64,000 nucleotides of DNA from an uncultured virus (IMG/VR IMGVR_UViG_3300045923_000041) (taxonomy: Duplodnaviria; Heunggongvirae; Uroviricota; Caudoviricetes): positions 1 through 64,000 of the IMG/VR virus record IMGVR_UViG_3300045923_000041. One strand, written 5' to 3'. This document shows, in pieces, positions 25,401 through 34,960 of the stretch. The notes under the pieces are model-generated. The model was not told the origin of the DNA. It searched no databases and worked only from the letters and a program-made list of their open reading frames with translations. The first letter of the stretch is position 1. Each line of letters begins with the position of its first letter. The translations under genes and the position numbers were made by a program.

Positions 25401-28340
25401 TCAAGCGCGGGGGTACGGATAGATCGCCCCATCGCTCAGGTTGAGGTCCCTCAAGAGGCTTGCGAGCCGCTCTGGCATGACCTTCACCTGAAGACCCGGG
25501 TCGATGAGGATGTTGCCCACTGCATCCGTGAGGAAGAGGATCTTCCCCATGTCCGGGTCGCTCGCATCGGAGCACGCGGAGCGCACTTGCCTGACGGTCT
25601 GCCTCGTGAGCACGCTGACCTTCATCCAGACGATAGACGTGGAGGCCACGTCATCGCGTTTGATGGTCGTCTTGGGGGTCTCCATCCGGGGGGAGGGCGG
25701 CGGCCGCGGGGCCTCCGGAGTCGGCGCTACCTGAATCGAGACGTCCTCTACTGTGCTCACGGGGGCAGAGACCGCGTGTCCAGCGGCCCCGTTCGTGTCC
25801 CCTCCGTTCTTGGGCGGTTCATGGCCGCCACCCTGCCATCCGGGGATGAAGAGCCCTTCAAGCCATGCGGGAACCCGGTGGTAGATCCGATCTCCCACCA
25901 CAATCTCGATGTCCTTCGAGATGCCGCAGTCGCAGTTGGCCGCCCCCTCGCAGCCCTCGAAGTGCAGCCAGGCTCCTTCAGACCACTGCGTTGTCTTGTT
26001 CTCGTACTTCTTGTTCTTGCCGGCGTAGTTCTTCTTGCCCGAGTACGGCTTGCCGTGCATGAGCATCCCGTAGTCGTACTCACCGGCCCACGTCGTTCCG
26101 ATGAGCGGCTCGACGATGAGGGGCACGCGCCAGACGGGCGAGTACGGGGGACGTGCCAAGCCTGACGGCGAGGCCATGACCCGGACGATGACCGCAAGGG
26201 CCTCCTGCACGCGAGCGTGCTTGATCTCGAACACGATTTCGTCGTGCACCGTGAGCAGCATGCGAACCGAGTCGTCTCCGCCGCCCTGCTTGAGCCAGCC
26301 GTGCTTGTAGAACTCCTTGCAGAGCAGCACGAGGCTGATCTTCATGATGTCCGCGCCGGTTCCCTGGATGGGGAAGTTCGTGCTCTTGCGCTCGCACGCC
26401 GCTTGGACGGCCTTATCCGGGTTGTCGATGTCCGGGATGGCCACCCAGCGCTGGAGAGCCGTGTACACGCCCTTGTCCTTGCGGACCTTGACGTGCTGAC
26501 CCTTGATCCAGTTGGCGAAGGTCGGGACCGCCTTGTCGAACGCGCCTTTGCGGCGGGAGGCTTCCAGCTTGTCGCAGCCGGTCGCCCGCATGATCGCAGC
26601 CGGCCCGCCTCCGTACAAGAGCGCGAAGTTGGCGATCTTGCCCATCTTGCGCAGCTCCTTCTGCCGGTCCTTCGACTCCTTGTCGAACTCCGGGAAGAAC
26701 GCGCGAGCCGTGATGGTGTGCAGGTCCCCGTCGCCTTCGAGGAACTCCTTGATCCAGACCATCTCGTTCGAGACGTTGGCTGCGATACGAAGCTCCTGAC
26801 CGGCGTAGTCGGCCTTGAGCATCGTGTAGCCCTCGCGGGCCTCGAAGCACTTGCGCAGCTCCGAGGTCGAGGGGATGCCGTGGATGGGGATGCCCGACAT
26901 CCCCTGATCTGCCTCTCCTGCGGGCGCAGAGAAGCGTCCCGTAGCGGCTCCAGTCTGCTTGAACTGGAAGCGCATCTCCGAGCGCTCGTCCACGTTGTTG
27001 TACATGTTCTGGAGGTACGTGGAGTCGAGCTTCTCGAACTCGCGCCACTTCACGATCCACTTGAGCACCTCGGGGACTCCCGGGTTCTCTTTGACGAGCG
27101 TCTCCAGCGTCTCGGCGTCCGTCTTGAACTGCTTGCTCGCCTCGTTGATGGGCGGCTTGGGGCTGATGTTGAGCCCCTTGTCCGAGAAGAGGAACTCGGA
27201 GAGCACCTTCGTACTGGCCGGGTCGAAGTTGAAGTAGCCCTTCGCTTCCGCAAGGTTCTTGATCTTGGCGAGGATCTCGTCGCGCTTCTTCGCGTTCTCG
27301 TCCATCGCGGCCTTGATGCGGTCGCGGTTGACCCGCACGCGAGGGCGTTCCATCCAACGGCCAGCGCACGCTGTCTGCTTCTCGACGCGATAGGTGAAGA
27401 GGTGCTTGTCGCGCACCTGCGCAAGCGTGAACGAACGCTTCTCATGTGAACGTGGCTGCGTGCAAAGCAGGTACGTGCAGATGGCATCCGAGCACGCGTA
27501 CTTGAGGCAGCCGGGTTCATCCGGGGACAGGCGACCGAACTCGATCTTCGTCCCCTTGATGGGGAAGAGATCTTTCAGCTCGATCATCTCGTACGGGTTG
27601 TTATCGGGGTCCCGCAGAAGCTCGAACGCCTTCCACTTGAGGCCAAGCTTCTTGTCGTCCGAGAAATGCGTGTAGTGGAAGAGGTTGCCGTCCTCAAAGC
27701 TCTCCGGATGCCACCAGTCGATGCCCGTGACCGGGTAGAGGAACTCGTGATCGAACTTGGCGTTCCAGAAGTACAGGAGCACCTTGGGGGGCTCCAACCA
27801 CTCCTTGGCGGAGAGCGGGTCCTTCTCCATCGCCTCCGGCTTCATCACCGGCTGCGCGGCTCGACAGAGACGTGTGATGGACGCCTCGGCACGCTCGACG
27901 GGCAGGTTCAAGCTCGGGCCGCCGTCATTCGGATTGTGACGCACGGGCGCGTAGAACCCGGACTTGCCGTCGTAGGAGAGGCAGAACCCCACGATCTTGT
28001 GCTTCGTGTATGGCTTGCCGCTCTCGTCGTAGAAGATGCGGTTGTCGAGACCCTCGGTTTCCAGGTCGAGAGCGCACTCCTTGGCGGCGATGGCCGCGTC
28101 CACGATCTGGTCAAGCTCGTCAGCCGTCCGGACGAGCTTGAACGTGTGGTGCTTCATCCAGGGCCGGGTGATGTCCGGGACCGCACGCTCATTCTGGAGG
28201 CCCGCTGCCGCCATGAAGTCCTCCGGGGACTCCTCGGGCTCCGTCGAGATGATGGACGTAGCCGGCTTCACCACCGGCCCTGGGCTCACTTCCGTAGAGA
28301 GCCCGAGCATCTCGTCAATGTCGTCGATCTCGTTGGGCAT
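25401..28340 (-). CDS. polA: family A DNA polymerase with 3'-5' exonuclease
   Basis: LDLETEG, NAKFD, YACSDA; ATGRFS; KADYAGQELR, RKMGKIANFALLYG, NFPIQGTGAD, TVHDEI. Confidence 0.95.
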   Translation of the reverse strand: MPNEIDDIDEMLGLSTEVSPGPVVKPATSIISTEPEESPEDFMAAAGLQNERAVPDITRPWMKHHTFKLVRTADELDQIVDAAIAAKECALDLETEGLDNRIFYDESGKPYTKHKIVGFCLSYDGKSGFYAPVRHNPNDGGPSLNLPVERAEASITRLCRAAQPVMKPEAMEKDPLSAKEWLEPPKVLLYFWNAKFDHEFLYPVTGIDWWHPESFEDGNLFHYTHFSDDKKLGLKWKAFELLRDPDNNPYEMIELKDLFPIKGTKIEFGRLSPDEPGCLKYACSDAICTYLLCTQPRSHEKRSFTLAQVRDKHLFTYRVEKQTACAGRWMERPRVRVNRDRIKAAMDENAKKRDEILAKIKNLAEAKGYFNFDPASTKVLSEFLFSDKGLNISPKPPINEASKQFKTDAETLETLVKENPGVPEVLKWIVKWREFEKLDSTYLQNMYNNVDERSEMRFQFKQTGAATGRFSAPAGEADQGMSGIPIHGIPSTSELRKCFEAREGYTMLKADYAGQELRIAANVSNEMVWIKEFLEGDGDLHTITARAFFPEFDKESKDRQKELRKMGKIANFALLYGGGPAAIMRATGCDKLEASRRKGAFDKAVPTFANWIKGQHVKVRKDKGVYTALQRWVAIPDIDNPDKAVQAACERKSTNFPIQGTGADIMKISLVLLCKEFYKHGWLKQGGGDDSVRMLLTVHDEIVFEIKHARVQEALAVIVRVMASPSGLARPPYSPVWRVPLIVEPLIGTTWAGEYDYGMLMHGKPYSGKKNYAGKNKKYENKTTQWSEGAWLHFEGCEGAANCDCGISKDIEIVVGDRIYHRVPAWLEGLFIPGWQGGGHEPPKNGGDTNGAAGHAVSAPVSTVEDVSIQVAPTPEAPRPPPSPRMETPKTTIKRDDVASTSIVWMKVSVLTRQTVRQVRSACSDASDPDMGKILFLTDAVGNILIDPGLQVKVMPERLASLLRDLNLSDGAIYPYPRA

Positions 28341-28770
28341 CGTGCTCCTCCTGAACCAGGACCACGTACACCCCTTCGCGCCAGCTCTTAACGATCTCTG
28401 ACATCAATCGTCGCACTTCTGGGTCTTCCGACCCATCCGGCTCGTAGCACCACGGCATACGCTTGGCCGTTGGGAAACACCGGGCCTTATCGTAGAAAGG
28501 GCAGCGGTCGCGCAGTGTACATACACGCGCACTCTCAGGCAGCTTGATGAGGGCGCCCTGAGGTGGGAGCCCCAGCGACTTGACGAGTGGGCTCGTCCAA
28601 CCGCGCAGAGCATGCTCGATCGTGTCCTTGGGAACGGTGGTGAGCAGGCTTGCGATCTCGTTACCCTGAAGAGGGCGCCAGTTCTGCTCCCAGACGCCCC
28701 CCTCATCGTAGATGAGGTACAGCTCCAGGAACCCCATCTCGGTTGTCGAGACCCTCAGTCGCCTGGACAC
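28315..28770 (-). CDS. Cys-rich hypothetical protein in the replication block
   Basis: CTLRDRCPFY...C...WC. Confidence 0.6.
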   Translation of the reverse strand: MSRRLRVSTTEMGFLELYLIYDEGGVWEQNWRPLQGNEIASLLTTVPKDTIEHALRGWTSPLVKSLGLPPQGALIKLPESARVCTLRDRCPFYDKARCFPTAKRMPWCYEPDGSEDPEVRRLMSEIVKSWREGVYVVLVQEEHDAQRDRRH

Positions 28771-29399
28771 GACCGCACTACCTCGCCGATCTTGTCGAGC
28801 ACCTGGCGAAGCACGACCTTCGCCTTCTCGTAGTCGATTTTGCGCTCATCGAGTCGATGACGTAGCCGGTCGAGAATGACCCCGAGCTTGAGGAATGGCA
28901 CCATCTCGAAGTTGTGCTTCGCGCTCCGTAGCCGTTTCTCGCACGCCTCGAACAGAGTGGCGACTTCCAGAACGAGCGGGTCCTCCTCCGGCTCGTAGTC
29001 CCCGGACACGCCTTCCGGCATGGGAGGAGGCACGATGCCGTAGGCAGACTCGATGTCACGCAAGACCGCGGCGAACTTGAGGTCTTCGCGGCCATCGAAC
29101 TTCTTCCAAAGTCCGATGGCGTCCCAGTTCTTCTGACAGACGAAGCACCAGACGTGACTCGGGCTGCGCGCCGATGCCTCGTAGACGCGAGCGGACGGCT
29201 TCGTGTCCCGACCATGGAAGGGGCAGGAGATCTGCTCCTCACGGCCGCCGTACTTGAGCCGGATGCCGTTGCGTGTGAGCACGTCGTGCGCCGTGACCGT
29301 CTGGTGGATGGTCGCCACCCGCTCGGCAATCCACTGACGCCAGACGTCATGACGCTCGTTACGCCGGATGTTCTGATCGAAGACGTTAGCCACGGTCAC
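28755..29399 (-). CDS. stand-alone CHC2 (primase-type) zinc-finger protein
   Basis: CPFHGRDTKPS...WCFVC...DAI; no TOPRIM domain. Confidence 0.8.
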   Translation of the reverse strand: MTVANVFDQNIRRNERHDVWRQWIAERVATIHQTVTAHDVLTRNGIRLKYGGREEQISCPFHGRDTKPSARVYEASARSPSHVWCFVCQKNWDAIGLWKKFDGREDLKFAAVLRDIESAYGIVPPPMPEGVSGDYEPEEDPLVLEVATLFEACEKRLRSAKHNFEMVPFLKLGVILDRLRHRLDERKIDYEKAKVVLRQVLDKIGEVVRSCPGD

Positions 29400-30868
29400 A
29401 CGTTGTTGAGAAGGTCGGTTTCGTCCTGCACGCCCATGCCCGGAGCCGAGTTGTAGAGGTCGAGGTTACGCATGCGCCGGCAGGTGAAGTCCACCTCGGC
29501 GAGGAACGGCTCGAAGAGCGGGTTGTCCCGGTTCTTGAGGCACGAGAACTTCGTCTGCCCCTGTGCACGCAGTTCCTGGCTGAGATAGGTAGCCGTGACC
29601 ACGTCTGCGGAGCGCTCGGCCTCGTTCGAGTACGAGAGCGCTTGCAAGTTCTTGTAGATGCCGTCGTTCTTCTCCGCCTCGGTCTTGCCGGTACGGTTGA
29701 TCTGGAAGAGCAGGAGCGTCGGCATCCCCTCGCCGTGGTTGAAGTGCAAGGCGAACTTCTTGGCGTCGCGGAGGATGGTGTTCAGCTCGATCGTGTAGTC
29801 CTTCTTGCTGCGGTTCTTCTTGCGGGCTTCCATGAGGCCACCGTGGTCCAGAACCGTGAACCCGATCTCGGATTGCTTGTGAAGCAGCTCCACTTCGATC
29901 CGCGCTTCGTCGAAGTCCACGTCGTGGTCGGGAGCCCACGTGTGGAACTCGCAGTAGTCCGGGTTGTGCGTGAAGTCGTCGATGACCTTCTGGTAGAAGA
30001 TCTCTTCCTCGGGCGTGAGGTCCCCGTCGCGCACCTTGCGGTAATCGAGTGCCTTGTAGCCCTCCAACGCCCAACGAGGGTGCGAGGAGTGCATGACGTA
30101 GATGAGCCGGCGGATGTGCTCGTAGCCCATCTCGAACGTCGCATACATGACGTTCGTGCGGTAGCGAGTGACCAGGTTGTAGCACCAGTTGGTTGCGAAG
30201 GTGCTCTTCAACTCCCCGGCGAACGCCGCGTGGATGTGCAGCTCCTTCTTCTTCAAGCCGTGACAGATGGTGTCGATCCGGTCGATGCCCGTGAAGCGGC
30301 CCCAGACCTTGTCCTTGTTCAGCTTCGCTGTCAGGTACTCGTCCCAGACCTCTTGACCATCCTTGCGGATGTCACCCCTTTGGCGTGACCCGCCTTCGAG
30401 GACGATCAGGTCGTTGGCCTTGCTGACGAAGTGCATGATGCCGTCTTGCACTCCGCGGCGCTGGATCTCCTCCCGACCCTCCTTGATGGTCAGGCCCTTC
30501 GTGACAATCTGATGGGCCTCCTTGAGAAGCTCCGTCACCTTGCGCTGATTCTGCTGCTCGATGAGAGTCTTGAGCAGGTGCGCGAAGTTGGTACGGATGT
30601 AGAACTGCGCTGCCTCGATGTCCTTGAGGCGCTCGGTAACTTCCGTGTCCTTCTCGAAGTAGTCCCGGACCGTCTCGATGGACGGCATCTCCATGTTCGG
30701 CTGGAAGTACGACCCGAGGAACTTGTAGATCGCCGTGTCCTCTGGCAGCTCCCACTCCAGGGGTGACTCCCGGATGCGCTGGAAGTTGAGCAGGAGGTTG
30801 TCCTGCGTGAGACCACGTTCTTGCGAGGTCGCGCCGAAGTCGATAACGGAGCGGAGCAGGCGCTTCAT
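29396..30868 (-). CDS. DnaB-like replicative helicase
   Basis: TGIDRID, AAFAGELKST, FEM, LDH, FQINR, YSNEAERSADVV, LKNR. Confidence 0.85.
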   Translation of the reverse strand: MKRLLRSVIDFGATSQERGLTQDNLLLNFQRIRESPLEWELPEDTAIYKFLGSYFQPNMEMPSIETVRDYFEKDTEVTERLKDIEAAQFYIRTNFAHLLKTLIEQQNQRKVTELLKEAHQIVTKGLTIKEGREEIQRRGVQDGIMHFVSKANDLIVLEGGSRQRGDIRKDGQEVWDEYLTAKLNKDKVWGRFTGIDRIDTICHGLKKKELHIHAAFAGELKSTFATNWCYNLVTRYRTNVMYATFEMGYEHIRRLIYVMHSSHPRWALEGYKALDYRKVRDGDLTPEEEIFYQKVIDDFTHNPDYCEFHTWAPDHDVDFDEARIEVELLHKQSEIGFTVLDHGGLMEARKKNRSKKDYTIELNTILRDAKKFALHFNHGEGMPTLLLFQINRTGKTEAEKNDGIYKNLQALSYSNEAERSADVVTATYLSQELRAQGQTKFSCLKNRDNPLFEPFLAEVDFTCRRMRNLDLYNSAPGMGVQDETDLLNNV

Positions 30869-31758
30869 CGTGAACCCCTCTTGCTCTTGAACTTGAACTT
30901 CTTGGGCGCTTTGGGCGCATCCAGGTCCGCGAGGTCAGGTCGGCCGAGGTCATCTCCCCCGGACGCTGGCTCCGGATCTGGATCGGACGATGGTTCCCAC
31001 TCCTCGACGCTCAGAGCCGCATCCGGGGGTGCAGAGACAAGGACGTTCTGCGGTCCAGAGTAGACGTACGGCGCAGGCCGGTCATCTTGCTCCTCGGAGG
31101 GCGTCGAGGTGCTGGGCACATCGAGCACTTCGAAGTGCGAGAAGATGTAGTCGGCGACATCCTCGCTGTACGAGTGATGGCCGACAACGAATGGGTAGTC
31201 TGCCTTGTCCACGATCCACGTCGCCTTGTGGGCGACTTCGCGAAGCATGAGTGCTTCCTTCAACGCGCCGGCCATCGCGACGTTCTTGTGGCCCAGATAC
31301 CCGAGAAGAAGAATCACGAGGTCGTGGTCGCAGACCAGATCTGAGAGCGAGTTGTACGACTTGGTCGTCTCACGCTCTTCCTTCGGCTTGACCCGTGCCG
31401 ACTCGTTGCCGACGAACACATTCTTGATCCTCTCGTCGGTGACGATGAGAAAGCGGAACATCAACCCCTTGCAGATGAGCGCGTAACGGAAGTGAGCGAT
31501 CATGTCGCTCCACCGGCCGCGCAAGAAGAGGTTGTCCGCAGTCTTGTCATCGAGCGGCGGATCATCTGGGACTGGCCCACGCACGAACAGCGGCGAGGAC
31601 TGGATCTTCCTGGCGCGAGCGATCTCCGGCCCCAAGTGCTGCCGCATCATCCGGCGCCGTGCGCAACTGCACAGGCGACTGTGCATGTCGTCCACACGGA
31701 TCTTCCCTCGCCCGTTGCAAATCTCGCAGACTGTCTCTCGCTCGATAGGGGGCGCCAT
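30865..31758 (-). CDS. DnaC/IstB-like protein with degenerate P-loop
   Basis: N-terminal CEICNGRG...CSC; NLFLRG with no GKT; DLVILLLG; LMLRE..HKATWI; directly upstream of the helicase. Confidence 0.55.
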   Translation of the reverse strand: MAPPIERETVCEICNGRGKIRVDDMHSRLCSCARRRMMRQHLGPEIARARKIQSSPLFVRGPVPDDPPLDDKTADNLFLRGRWSDMIAHFRYALICKGLMFRFLIVTDERIKNVFVGNESARVKPKEERETTKSYNSLSDLVCDHDLVILLLGYLGHKNVAMAGALKEALMLREVAHKATWIVDKADYPFVVGHHSYSEDVADYIFSHFEVLDVPSTSTPSEEQDDRPAPYVYSGPQNVLVSAPPDAALSVEEWEPSSDPDPEPASGGDDLGRPDLADLDAPKAPKKFKFKSKRGSR

Positions 31759-31783
31759 CGGGAACCCCTACACCGAACGGACG

Positions 31784-33562
31784 TCAGGTAGCGCGCATTC
31801 GGCCGAGCAAATCCTTCGCCGAAGACTTCTCCTTCTCGAACGAAAGTGCCCCCAGCGCGGCCTCTCCGAGCACTGTATCTACGAGGTTCTTCTTGCCATG
31901 GAGAAGCTCAAGCACATGGTGATCGATGGTCTTCTTCTCCTTGGCGGTCTTGCCGGGACGCACTGCCACGATGTGGTAGACCATGACCGTCGAGTGGATT
32001 GACCCGATGCGTACGGGCCTGCCGAGAAGCTGCACATAGTTGCCGTAGGACCAGGGCGCGTCCATGAAGACCATGGCGCTCGCTGCCTGAAGGTTGATCG
32101 CTTCCGAGCCGGCGTCCGTGATGAAGACCACCTTCGTGTCGGAGGCCAGGTCTTGAAAGCGCTTCTGCGCCTCCTGGCGGGCCTTGTCGTTCTCCTTGCC
32201 CGTGATTCGAACGCTCTTGATCTTCAGCTTGTTGAGTACCTCGACGAGCCGGGTCACGTACTTCTCGAAGCGCGTGTAGATGATGACCTTCTCGTCCTCC
32301 AGCTCCGTCGTCAGAAGCTCGACCAGGGCCTCTTCCTTGGCGCTCTGCTCGTTGACCTTGTCAGGGTTCTCGTCGAGAGCGAACTCGGACACCTCGTCGC
32401 CCGCCTTGAACTTGAGCAGGGCGAGCGAGTTGACGATCTCCTGGCAGTAGATGAGCGAGGCCATCGCCTTCGCCTCGGAGTAGTCCTTGACCTCCCCGTC
32501 GCCGAGCATGAGCACGCCCGAGAGAGCCTCACCGTACTTCGTGTCCTCCGCAGGAGACAGCTCGCAGACGATCTCTTTCGTGATGAGCTTCGGCAGCTCG
32601 TTGGAGACCATGTGCTTGGCCCGGCCGATGAAGAACGGGTCGATCTTGTTCCGGAACTCCGCCAGGCGGCGATAGCCAACGACGATGGGGATCTTTCGAC
32701 CCCCTGGGACGGACTGAAGCTTGACGACGCAGTATTCGTCCATGAACGCCGACTTCGTACCGAAGAGCGGCGGCTGGATGACCTTGAAGATGGAGAACCC
32801 CTCCATGAGGTTGTTCTTCAACAGCGTCGCGGTCAGGCCGTAACAACGACTCGCCCTGTCGGACAGGTAGCGGCACACCTGCCAGCGCTTGGTCCCCGTG
32901 TTCTTGAAAGCCGTGGCCTCGTCGTAAATGATGCAAAGACCCTTCATGTCCGCCGTGATGCGGTCGAAGAGCCCCGCCGCGACCGGGGCCTTGGGGTCCG
33001 GCTTGCCGTTCGGCAGCGTGGGCTTGAACGATCCGGAGTCCCAATCGCGCACGAGGATCGAGTAATTGACGAGCAGGACCACCTTCTCGGCGTCCGGGCC
33101 AGTGGGAGCGTTGCGGAACTCCTCGTAGGCGCGGATCCTCTCCTCGGGCTTGCCGGCGGCAACGATGGGTCGGATGCCTGTCGTGAACCGCTTGATCTCC
33201 CCGGCCCACTGCCACAGGGCGCTCTTCGGGGTCACAACGATGACCTTGTTGTCCGGCTCCTTGGGCCAGAGGTAGGCCAGAGCCGCGAGCACCTGGATGG
33301 TCTTGCCGAGCCCAGTACCATCTCCCAGGATCAGCCGCTTCATCGCGAGCAGGTGGTAGATGCCGATGTACTGGTAGTAGCGGAGCTTGAACGGGATGAT
33401 GGCCCCGTCCTTCTCGATCTCCGTCCGCAGAAGCGGTGTAGGCTTCAACGTGAGGGTCGTGGACTTGCGGACCTCAAGCAAGTGCTCATAGGTCTTCCGA
33501 AGCTTCTCCAGCCCCGCCCTCTCTTCGGCAGTCGGTTCCCGGGTCTTCTTCTTGGCTGCCAT
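31784..33562 (-). CDS. SNF2-family helicase/translocase
   Basis: LRYYQ, GDGTGLGKT, QWAGEI, YDEAT, LTAT, KVIIYTRF, AGSEAINLQ, QLLGRPVRIG. Confidence 0.9.
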   Translation of the reverse strand: MAAKKKTREPTAEERAGLEKLRKTYEHLLEVRKSTTLTLKPTPLLRTEIEKDGAIIPFKLRYYQYIGIYHLLAMKRLILGDGTGLGKTIQVLAALAYLWPKEPDNKVIVVTPKSALWQWAGEIKRFTTGIRPIVAAGKPEERIRAYEEFRNAPTGPDAEKVVLLVNYSILVRDWDSGSFKPTLPNGKPDPKAPVAAGLFDRITADMKGLCIIYDEATAFKNTGTKRWQVCRYLSDRASRCYGLTATLLKNNLMEGFSIFKVIQPPLFGTKSAFMDEYCVVKLQSVPGGRKIPIVVGYRRLAEFRNKIDPFFIGRAKHMVSNELPKLITKEIVCELSPAEDTKYGEALSGVLMLGDGEVKDYSEAKAMASLIYCQEIVNSLALLKFKAGDEVSEFALDENPDKVNEQSAKEEALVELLTTELEDEKVIIYTRFEKYVTRLVEVLNKLKIKSVRITGKENDKARQEAQKRFQDLASDTKVVFITDAGSEAINLQAASAMVFMDAPWSYGNYVQLLGRPVRIGSIHSTVMVYHIVAVRPGKTAKEKKTIDHHVLELLHGKKNLVDTVLGEAALGALSFEKEKSSAKDLLGRMRAT

Positions 33563-33601
33563 CGCCCCGCCCCTACACCGGGCGCTGGGGCTCCTGGGCG
33601 C

Positions 33602-34960
33602 TTAGCTCAGGATGGGCAGAAGCAGATCTAGCTGTTCCTTCGGGAGCTTACCGATGGCGTAGAACGAGACCATCTCGGCGAAGTTCTCGCCGGGGCCGCC
33701 CTTCTTGGCGTAGCCCGTGATGAAGTCCAGCGGGTCCACCTTCTGCTCAACACCGTTGAGCTTGAAGAACATGGCCGCCGGCATGACGATCGTCTCCCTG
33801 CGGGCGATGGGGAACTTGTGCTCCTCATCGGGCTCGTGCTCAGCCCGGCCCTTCTCTGCGCAGACGAAGCACCGCAGAGGGTTGGCCGGGGCGAGCTTCA
33901 CGGAGCGGCGACGGGTATCGCGCTCGATGACCTTCCAAGGCTCCCCCTTATAGGGGACTGACGCGCCAAACGCGGGCAGCTCGGTTTCCGACATGAAGCC
34001 CGTGTGCGTGTTGATCGTGGAGTAGAGCTGCGAGATCTCGTGCTCTTTGCCTTGCAGGAACTTGTGCTCCAGCCGGTGCGTCAGCTCGTGACAGAGAACC
34101 CGGACGGTGTCCATGTTCACCTTCGAGTCGGCACGAATGAACATCTCGTCCTTGGCGACGACGTAGAACGCCGCCCAGTTGGGCCGCTCGATGCGGTTGG
34201 ACAGGATGATGTCCCCGTAGTTGACCTTCCCCAAGCCGATGCCTGCCATCTTTTGAGCGGCCTCTTCGGCGAGCTTGGCGATGTTCTGCATCTGCTCCGT
34301 GCTGAAGCCGCCCGAGTTGACGAGCGTGAAAGGCCCGGCCTTGAACCGCGTTGCGCCCTCTCCCTCGCCTGCGTGCTGCTTGCCCTGGCTGATCGCGATC
34401 TCGAAGACCTTCTCCTGCTTGCGGAAGTCTTCGAGGAAGTCGAGGTAGATCTGGACAGCCTTGGCTCGCGCCTCTTCGTAGGTGCGGCCCCGTGTGCTGA
34501 AGCGCGGCGTACGGGCGTAGAACTTCGCGATAGCCTCAATCGCTTTGCGAGGCTTCGGCGGCAGCACAAGCTGTTGCAGGATGGCCCAGCACAGGTTCTG
34601 CGCGACGTCCTGGATCTTGCCCCATCCGTGCTGCATCGAGTGAGTGGTGATCTCGTACGACAGGTCGCGCTCTTTGCGACGCTTGCCGTCCTGGGACTCT
34701 TCGATGGTCTGGACCAGCGCGTTCTCACGGACGGCCTTGATCTTCTCGGCGGGGGCGCCTTCGGCCTGTAGCTTCGTGACCTCGGCGAATGCCTCCACGT
34801 ACTTCTTGGCCATCGCCTCCTTCTCGGCGTACTTGGCCACGGCCCTCTTGAACTGCGCAAGCAGATCCCCGGGGTCGCCGAAAGAGTCGGCCCGCTTCGA
34901 ACGTTCGGCGACCCGCGAGGCGAGGACGACGCGCTCTACAACTCGATCCAAGGACTTCAT
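33602..34960 (-). CDS. RVA-tagged protein with zincin metallopeptidase domain
   Basis: MKSLDRVVERVVLASRVAER; LCHELTHR...ITGYAKKGGPGENFAEMVSFY. Confidence 0.7.
   Translation of the reverse strand: MKSLDRVVERVVLASRVAERSKRADSFGDPGDLLAQFKRAVAKYAEKEAMAKKYVEAFAEVTKLQAEGAPAEKIKAVRENALVQTIEESQDGKRRKERDLSYEITTHSMQHGWGKIQDVAQNLCWAILQQLVLPPKPRKAIEAIAKFYARTPRFSTRGRTYEEARAKAVQIYLDFLEDFRKQEKVFEIAISQGKQHAGEGEGATRFKAGPFTLVNSGGFSTEQMQNIAKLAEEAAQKMAGIGLGKVNYGDIILSNRIERPNWAAFYVVAKDEMFIRADSKVNMDTVRVLCHELTHRLEHKFLQGKEHEISQLYSTINTHTGFMSETELPAFGASVPYKGEPWKVIERDTRRRSVKLAPANPLRCFVCAEKGRAEHEPDEEHKFPIARRETIVMPAAMFFKLNGVEQKVDPLDFITGYAKKGGPGENFAEMVSFYAIGKLPKEQLDLLLPILS

Noticed and set aside
25401..28340. Intein or intron in the DNA polymerase
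   Set aside because: All PolA motifs are in one frame at normal spacing; no intein terminal or LAGLIDADG motifs were seen
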